Assembly: GCA_964016885.1 (NCBI GenBank)
Contig: OZ024764.1
Coordinates: forward strand, 20,646,001 to 20,710,000
DNA length: 64,000 bases
From: Eledone cirrhosa
Taxonomy: Eukaryota
Reading direction: 5' to 3'
Within the stretch, counting starts at the first letter, position 1. Every line of letters begins with the position of its first letter. Made by a program: the position numbers and the translations under genes. This document shows, one piece after another, positions 56,513 to 64,000 of the stretch. The notes under the pieces are model-generated. The model did not search any database, had not been told where the DNA came from, and was given only the letters and a program-made list of their open reading frames with translations.

Positions 56513-59500
56513 AATCTAATGTCACTAATAACTACTTTTATCAGTCAGTTTAATCTAATGTCACTAATAACTACTTTTATCTGTCAGTATAATCTAATGT
56601 CACTAATAACTACTTTTATCTGTCAGTTTAATTTAATGTAATAACTACTTTTATCAGTCAGTTTAATCTAATGTCACTAATAACTACTTTTATCTGTCAG
56701 TATAATCTAATGTCACTAATAACTACTTTTATCTATCAGTATAATCTAATGTCACTAATAACTACTTTTATCAGTCAGTTTAATCTAATGTAATAACTAC
56801 TTTTATCAGTCAGTATAATCTAATGTCACTAATAACTACTTTTATCTGTCAGTTTAATCTAATGTCACTAATAACTACTTTTATCAGTCAGTTTAATCTA
56901 ATGTCACTAATATACTACTTTTATCAGTCAGTTTAATCTAATGTAATAACTACTTTTATCAGTCAGTTTAATCTAATGTCACTAATAACTACTTTTATCA
57001 CTCAGTTTAATCTAATGTCACTAATAACTACTTTTATCAGTCAGTTTAATCTAATGTAATAACTACTTTTATCAGTCAGTTTAATCTAATGTCACTAATA
57101 ACTACTTTTATCACTCAGTTTAATCTAATGTCACTAATAACTACTTTTATCAGTCAGTTTAATCTGTCACTAATAACTACTTTTATCAGTCAGTTTAATC
57201 TGTCACTAATAACTACTTTTATCAGTCAGTTTAATCTGTCACTAATAACTACTTTTATCAGTCAGTTTAATCTAATGTCACTAATAACTACTTTTATCAG
57301 TCAGTATAATCTAATGTCACTAATAACTACTTTTATCAGTCAGTTTAATCTGTCACTAATAACTACTTTTATCAGTCAGTTTAATCTGTCACTAATAACT
57401 ACTTTTATCAGTCAGTTTAATCTAATGTCACTAATAACTACTTTTATCAGTCAGTTTAATCTAAAGTCACTAATAACTACTTTTATCAGTCAGTTTAATC
57501 TAATGTCACTAATAACTACTTTTATCAGTCAGTTTAATCTGTCACTAATAACTACTTTTATCAGTCAGTTTAATCTAATGTCACTAATAACTACTTTTAT
57601 CAGTCAGTTTAATCTAATGTCACTAATAACTACTTTTATCAGTCAGTTTAATCTAATGTCACTAATAACTACTTTTATCAGTCAGTTTAATCTAATGTCA
57701 CTAATAACTACTTTTATCAGTCAGTTTAATCTAATGTCACTAATAACTACTTTTATCAGTCAGTTTAATCTAATGTAATAACTACTTTTATCAGTCAGTT
57801 TAATCTAATGTCACTAATAACTACTTTTATCAGTCAGTTTAATCTAATGTCACTAATAACTACTTTTATCAGTCAGTTTAATCTGTCACTAATAACTACT
57901 TTTATCAGTCAGTTTAATCTGTCACTAATAACTACTTTTATCAGTCAGTTTAATCTAATGTCACTAATAACTACTTTTATCAGTCAGTTTAATCTAATGC
58001 CACTAATAACTACTTTTATCAGTCAGTTTAATCTAATGTAATACCTACTTTTATCAGTCAGTTTAATCTAATGTCACTAATAACTACTTTTATCAGTCAG
58101 TTTAATCTAATGTCACTAATAACTACTTTTATCAGTCAGTTTAATCTAATGTAATAACTACTTTTATCAGTCAGTTTAATCTAATGTCACTAATAACTAC
58201 TTTTATCAGTCAGTTTAATCTAATGTAATAACTACTTTTATCAGTCAGTTTAATCTAATGTAATAACTACTTTTATCAGTCAGTTTAATCTAATGTCACT
58301 AATAACTACTTTTATCAGTCAGTTTAATCTAATGTCACTAATAACTACTTTTATCAGTCAGTTTAATCTAATGTAATAACTACTTTTATCAGTCAGTTTA
58401 ATCTAATGTCACTAATAACTACTTTTATCAGTCAGTTTAATCTAATGTAATAACTACTTTTATCAGTCAGTTTAATCTAATGTCACTAATAACTACTTTT
58501 ATCAGTCAGTTTAATCTAATGTAATAACTACTTTTATCAGTCAGTTTAATCTAATGTAATAACTACTTTTATCAGTCAGTTTAATCTAATGTCACTAATA
58601 ACTACTTTTATCAGTCAGTTTAATCTAATGTCACTAATAACTACTTTTATCAGTCAGTTTAATCTAATGTAATAACTACTTTTATCAGTCAGTTTAATCT
58701 AATGTCACTAATAACTACTTTTATCAGTCAGTTTAATCTAATGCCACTAATAACTACTTTTATCAGTCAGTTTAATCTAATGTAATAACTACTTTTATCA
58801 GTCAGTTTAATCTAATGTCACTAATAACTACTTTTATCAGTCAGTTTAATCTAATGCCACTAATAACTACTTTTATCAGTCAGTTTAATCTAATGTAATA
58901 ACTACTTTTATCAGTCAGTTTAATCTAATGTCACTAATAACTACTTTTATCAGTCAGTTTAATCTAATGCCACTAATAACTACTTTTATCAGTCAGTTTA
59001 ATCTAATGTAATAACTACTTTTATCAGTCAGTTTAATCTAATGTCACTAATAACTACTTTTATCAGTCAGTTTAATCTAATGTCACTAATAACTACTTTT
59101 ATCAGTCAGTTTAATCTAATGTCACTAATAACTACTTTTATCAGTCAGTTCAATCTAATGTCACTAATAACTACTTTTATCAGTCAGTTTAATCTAATGA
59201 CACTAATAACTACTTTTATCAGTCAGTATAATCTAATGTCACTAATAACTACTTTTATCAGTCAGTTTAATCTAATGTCACTAATAACTACTTTTATCAG
59301 TCAGTTCAATCTAATGTCACTAATAACTACTTTTATCAGTCAGTTTAATCTAATGACACTAATAACTACTTTTATCAGTCAGTATAATCTAATGCCACTA
59401 ATAACTACTTTTATCAGTCAGTTTAATCTAATGTCACTAATAACTACTTTTATCAGTCAGTATAATCTAATGTCACTAATAACTACTTTTATCAGTCAGT

Positions 59501-59563
59501 TTATTCTAATGTCACTAATAACTACTTTTATCAGTCAGTATAATCTACTGCCACTAATAACTA
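56513..59563. repeat. 39-bp minisatellite, about 80 copies, with 36-bp and 34-bp variants
   Basis: Same unit; about 3.05 kb. Confidence 0.98.
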
Positions 59564-60518
59564 ACCTATGTTAGGCAGCACATTCTTCACCAAAGAAGGC
59601 CTTAGTATTTATTACAGTCCATTTATCAATATAGAAATATCATATGAAATTTGTACTGATGTATTACAAGTTTCTGAGTATCTTATAATGTTCTTTTATT
59701 ATTTCAGAATACCAGAGGACATTGGCATTAAAGAGCACGTTACATCAGACATATCCTCAATATTTACCATTTCTAAAATATTACCCATCATTTTCAAATA
59801 ATTTTGAAAACACTCAACACTTTGAAGGGATTTAGTAATATAACTAAATTTCTCAGTATTAAGCTGCTATTTGGAACATAACTTTGCACAATTTCATGAA
59901 GTTACAATGGAAAGTTTTTAGATAAATATAAAGACTGGTATGAAAAGGATAAAACACTTTTAAATCAGTTGTTTCATCAACACCATTATTTATAGACTAA
60001 AGGAAGCTGTTATACAGAACAGATACAACCTTGTTTATATAAATCTATGGGAGAAATACTGGGAAATATTTCTCGTAAACTCAATAACACTTCTATTCTT
60101 TGCTGTCTGGAATATGTAGAAGATACAAAATAAAGCTTAAGAAATTTACACATGATTTTATGAGATCTTCATATATTGACAAAGTTGATAGTAGATGGAA
60201 CTACAGGAGTAGAAATATTTCCATTATTACAGGAATAACTAATTAAATAAAAACCAGAAAAATTAGATTCTTCACTGTCTGGAATATGTACAAGATGATT
60301 TTATATGTATATTAAACTTGAAGAGATCTACAAAACAGTTTGTATCATCTTTAAATGTAAAGAAAGACCAAAGTTGATAGAAATATATCTGGAGGAATAT
60401 GTTTTAGGAATAATATTATAAACATAAAGAAGAAAAATATCCATATATTAAGAGGAGAAAAATATTAAAACTGAATTATGTGAGAAACTTAGAAGATTGA
60501 TATTTTTTAGTGGGAGTT

Positions 60519-62681
60519 ATGTCGAAAAATATAGTAAAATCACCATTCCACTGTGATATCTGTGGTAAATTATTCTCTAAAAATACTAAATTAACTAGAC
60601 ATAAACTAAGTCATAAAGTAGAGAAGCCATATCACTGTGATATCTGTGGTAAATTATTCTCTAAAAATATTAAATTAACTAGACATAAACTAAGTCATAC
60701 AGAAGAGAAGCCATATCACTGTCATATCTGTGGTAAATCATTCTCTAAAAATACTAAATTAATTAGACATAAACTAATTCATGCAGAAGAGAAGCCATAT
60801 CACTGTGATATCTGTGGTAAATTATTCTCTAAAAATAGTAAGTTAACTAGACATAAACTAAGTCATACAGAAGAGAAACCATATGACTGTGATATCTGTG
60901 GTAAATCATTCTCTAAAAATACTAAATTAACTAGACATAAACTAATTCATGCAGAAGAGAAGCCATATCACTGTGATATCTGTGGTAAATCATTCTCTAA
61001 AAATACTAAATTAATTAGACATAAACTAAGTCATACTGAAGAGAAACCATATGACTGTGATATCTGTGGTAAATCATTCTCTAAAAATACTAAATTAACT
61101 AGACATAAACTAATTCATGCAGAAGAGAAGCCATATCACTGTGATATCTGTGGTAAATCATTCTCTAACAATACTAAATTAACTAGACATAAACTAAGTC
61201 ACACAGAAGAGAAGCCATATCACTGTGATATCTGTGGTAAATCATTCTCTAAAAATACTAAATTAACTAGACATAAACTAAGTCATACAGAAGAGAAACC
61301 ATATGACTGTGATATCTGTGGTAAATTATTCTCTAAAAATACTAAATTAACTAGACATAAACTAATTCATGCAGAAGAGAAGCCATATCACTGTGATATC
61401 TGTGGTAAATCATTCTCTAAAAATACTAAATTAACTAGACATAAACTAATTCATGCAGAAGAGAAGCCATATCACTGTGATATCTGTGGTAAATCATTCT
61501 CTAAAAATACTAAATTAATTAGACATAAACTAAGTCATACTGAAGAGAAACCATATGACTGTGATATCTGTGGTAAATCATTCTCTAAAAATACTAAATT
61601 AACCAGACATAAACTAATTCATGCAGAAGAGAAGCCATATCACTGTGATATCTGTGGTAAATCATTCTCTAAAAGTAATAAATTGACTAGACACAATTGT
61701 AGTCACACAGGAGAGAAGCCATGTAACTATATCTTTGGTAAACCATTTTCTGAAAGTAATAACTTAGCTAGAGACAAACTAAGTCACACAGAGGAGAAAC
61801 CATATCACAATGATATTTGTGGTAAATATTTCTCTTATGTGAGTACCTTAACAAATTACAAACATATTCCTGCAGGAGAAACACCATATTATTGTGATGT
61901 CTGTGGTAAATCATTCTCTAAAAATACAAAGTTAACAAGACACAAAGAAAGACATTCAGGAGAGAAGCTATATCACTGTGATATCTGTGATAAATCATTC
62001 TTTCATAGTACTACCTTAACTAAACACCAACATATTCATACAGGGAAGAAACCATATGACTGTGATATCTGTGGTAAATCATTTTCTCAAAGTTATACCT
62101 TAACTGTTCATAAGCGTATTCATACAGGCGAGAAGCCATATCACTGTGATATCTGTGGTAAATCATTCCCCCTTAGTACTAACCTCACTACTCACAAACG
62201 TATTCATACAGGTGAGAAGCCATATCAATGTGACATCTGTGATAAATCCTTCTGTCAAAGTGGTAACTTAACTATCCACAAACGTATTCATACAGGAGAG
62301 AAGCCACATCATTGTGATATCTGTGGTAAATCATTCTCTAACAGAAGCTGCTTCACTAAACATCAACGTATTCATACAGGAGAGAAGCCTTATCACTGTG
62401 ATGTCTGTGATAAATCATTCAGCCAAAGTAGTAGCTTAACTCATCACAAACGTCTTCATACAGGAGAGAAGCCATATCACTGTGACATCTGTGGTAAATC
62501 ATTCTCTAAAAGTGGTAACTTAACTACCCACAAACGTATTCATACAGGAGAGAAGCCACACCACTGTGACATCTGTGGTAAATCATTCTCTCACAGTAGT
62601 ACCTTAACTATCCACAAATGTACTCAAACCGGAGAGAAACCATATCACTGTGGTAAAGCATTCTCCCCCGTAGTAACTTAA
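60519..62681 (+). CDS. Poly-C2H2 zinc-finger protein ZNF4 (25 finger units, about 22 canonical; N-terminal 14 homogenised)
   Basis: Intact ORF from the ATG homologous to the other units; acceptor at 59707; fingers 15, 16 and 25 are degenerate. Confidence 0.92.
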   Translation: MSKNIVKSPFHCDICGKLFSKNTKLTRHKLSHKVEKPYHCDICGKLFSKNIKLTRHKLSHTEEKPYHCHICGKSFSKNTKLIRHKLIHAEEKPYHCDICGKLFSKNSKLTRHKLSHTEEKPYDCDICGKSFSKNTKLTRHKLIHAEEKPYHCDICGKSFSKNTKLIRHKLSHTEEKPYDCDICGKSFSKNTKLTRHKLIHAEEKPYHCDICGKSFSNNTKLTRHKLSHTEEKPYHCDICGKSFSKNTKLTRHKLSHTEEKPYDCDICGKLFSKNTKLTRHKLIHAEEKPYHCDICGKSFSKNTKLTRHKLIHAEEKPYHCDICGKSFSKNTKLIRHKLSHTEEKPYDCDICGKSFSKNTKLTRHKLIHAEEKPYHCDICGKSFSKSNKLTRHNCSHTGEKPCNYIFGKPFSESNNLARDKLSHTEEKPYHNDICGKYFSYVSTLTNYKHIPAGETPYYCDVCGKSFSKNTKLTRHKERHSGEKLYHCDICDKSFFHSTTLTKHQHIHTGKKPYDCDICGKSFSQSYTLTVHKRIHTGEKPYHCDICGKSFPLSTNLTTHKRIHTGEKPYQCDICDKSFCQSGNLTIHKRIHTGEKPHHCDICGKSFSNRSCFTKHQRIHTGEKPYHCDVCDKSFSQSSSLTHHKRLHTGEKPYHCDICGKSFSKSGNLTTHKRIHTGEKPHHCDICGKSFSHSSTLTIHKCTQTGEKPYHCGKAFSPVVT

Positions 62682-63359
62682 CCAAGCATGTGCGTATTCA
62701 TTCAGAAGTTTAGCTGTATCAATATCAAACTCATTACATCATACTACAACGACAGCAATTGTGTAGATCCATCATCCTTGCTAAAACTGGAATTAACCTT
62801 GTAGGTTTTACCTAGGACAGGGATCATAAAACCAGGTTTCCATTTTTGAAGCAGTGTTTGAAGATTTTGTGTAAATTAAAGTTTTTCACATTAAACTTTG
62901 ATTTATTATACTTTAACAGGTAAGATATATATTTGTATTTTTAGTAAAGGTTGGGAACTTCTGTAATTTAAACCTGCCAATGAAATGAAAACTTTTGTTG
63001 TTGCTAGTCTGACATAGATATTAATTCTATTGTCCTGTACATTGTCTCAAATATCACAGATTAAACAGATTTTAACAATAACAACAGAAATCAATAACTT
63101 GTAAGCCTAATATCTAGCTTCCATTTTAACTATTTGATATTGTTGTTCCTCTCCTGTCTCTTCAGGTGTTTTAGATTTCAACTTCTATCTACTGTACTAT
63201 TCCATCACCAAGGCAACATTCATCTGGCTGGCAGCTTACATCAACTACAGTTCTCATCAGTGGTTCACAACAGGCTGTCTGAAAGAAACTTGCAGATATC
63301 TTCTATGTCATAGCTATCAATCTCCTCCTCCTTATCATATGTATCATGTAGAACATCTC

Positions 63360-63910
63360 TGAATTTATATTTAACAGGGAGATCTTTTACTGTCCCTACC
63401 TCTTTCTCTAGGTTGCCTTGTACCTCTCTCACAGTCCCTCTAGATCTTATATTTAACAGGGAGATCTTTTACTGTCCCTACCCTTTTCTCTAGGTTGTCT
63501 TGTACCTCTCTCACAGTCCTTGTAGATCTTATATTTAACAAGATCTTTTACTGTCCGTACCCTTTTCTCCAGGTTGTCTTGTACGAGTCTCACAGTCCCT
63601 CTAGATCTTATATTTAACAGGGAGATCTTTTACTGTCCCTACCCTTTTCTCTAGGTTGTCTTGTACCACTCTCACAGTCCCTCTAGATCTTATATTTAAC
63701 AGGGAGATCTTTTACTGTCCCTACCTCTCTCACAGTCCCTCTAGATCTTATATTTAACAGGGAGATCTTTTACTATCCCTACCCTTTTCTCTAGGTTGTC
63801 TTGTACCTCTCTCACAGTCCCTCTAGATCTTATATTAAACAGGGAGATCTTTTACTCTCCAACCCTTCTTTCTCCGGATAGTCTTGTATCTGTCAGTCCC
63901 TCTAGATATT
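63360..63910. repeat. 82-bp RTE-derived minisatellite, about 7 copies
   Basis: Same unit as 42720-43215. Confidence 0.9.
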
Positions 63911-64000
63911 ACACCTAGTATCTAGTCTATGTTGAGTGGTATGTCCTTCTCCAGTAAAGGAGTTAATATTCCCAACCATCTGTCTATGCTGTTTTTTATG

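Noticed and set aside
57089-59574. ORFs of (MSLITTFISQFNL)n here and at 3488, 18498 and 36502 as repetitive proteins
   Set aside because: They result from a 39-bp unit that lacks a stop in one frame; 34-bp variants and stops break the frame freely, and the arrays lie upstream of a splice acceptor.
60510-60518. GTG start suggested by the ORF track for ZNF4
   Set aside because: The ATG at 60519 is homologous to the start in all paralogs.

Overview
Eukaryotic, AT-rich DNA. The C2H2 finger style ([24 protein letters not shown] encoded as tgtgatatctgtggtaaatcattctct) together with abundant RTE LINEs points to a coleoid cephalopod (Octopus-like) zinc-finger cluster; this is an inference. The window is a tandem segmental-duplication array of about 16-22 kb units, all on the + strand. 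A complete unit reads: putative promoter and non-coding exon 1 -> intron holding a dead CRE-clade RLE retrotransposon, a foldback MITE, RTE debris and a 39-bp minisatellite -> one exon encoding a poly-C2H2 protein with no effector domain -> predicted 3' intron -> vestigial ZNF exon -> TE-rich spacer (RTE, hAT, SINE, Tigger, mariner). There are four intact ZNF ORFs (11, 15, 17 and 25 finger units) and one headless 9-finger fragment inserted with a 25-bp flanking duplication. The main oddities are: (1) ZNF4 carries 13-14 consecutive fingers with the same recognition helix; (2) ZNF3 lacks the promoter/exon 1; (3) minisatellite length rises in step with finger number; (4) several distinct CRE-family fragments cluster around the promoter; (5) minisatellites have arisen from RTE sequence. 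Most other ORFs in the track are transposon debris or repeat artefacts. Coordinates of decayed TEs are approximate, and no database searches were run.
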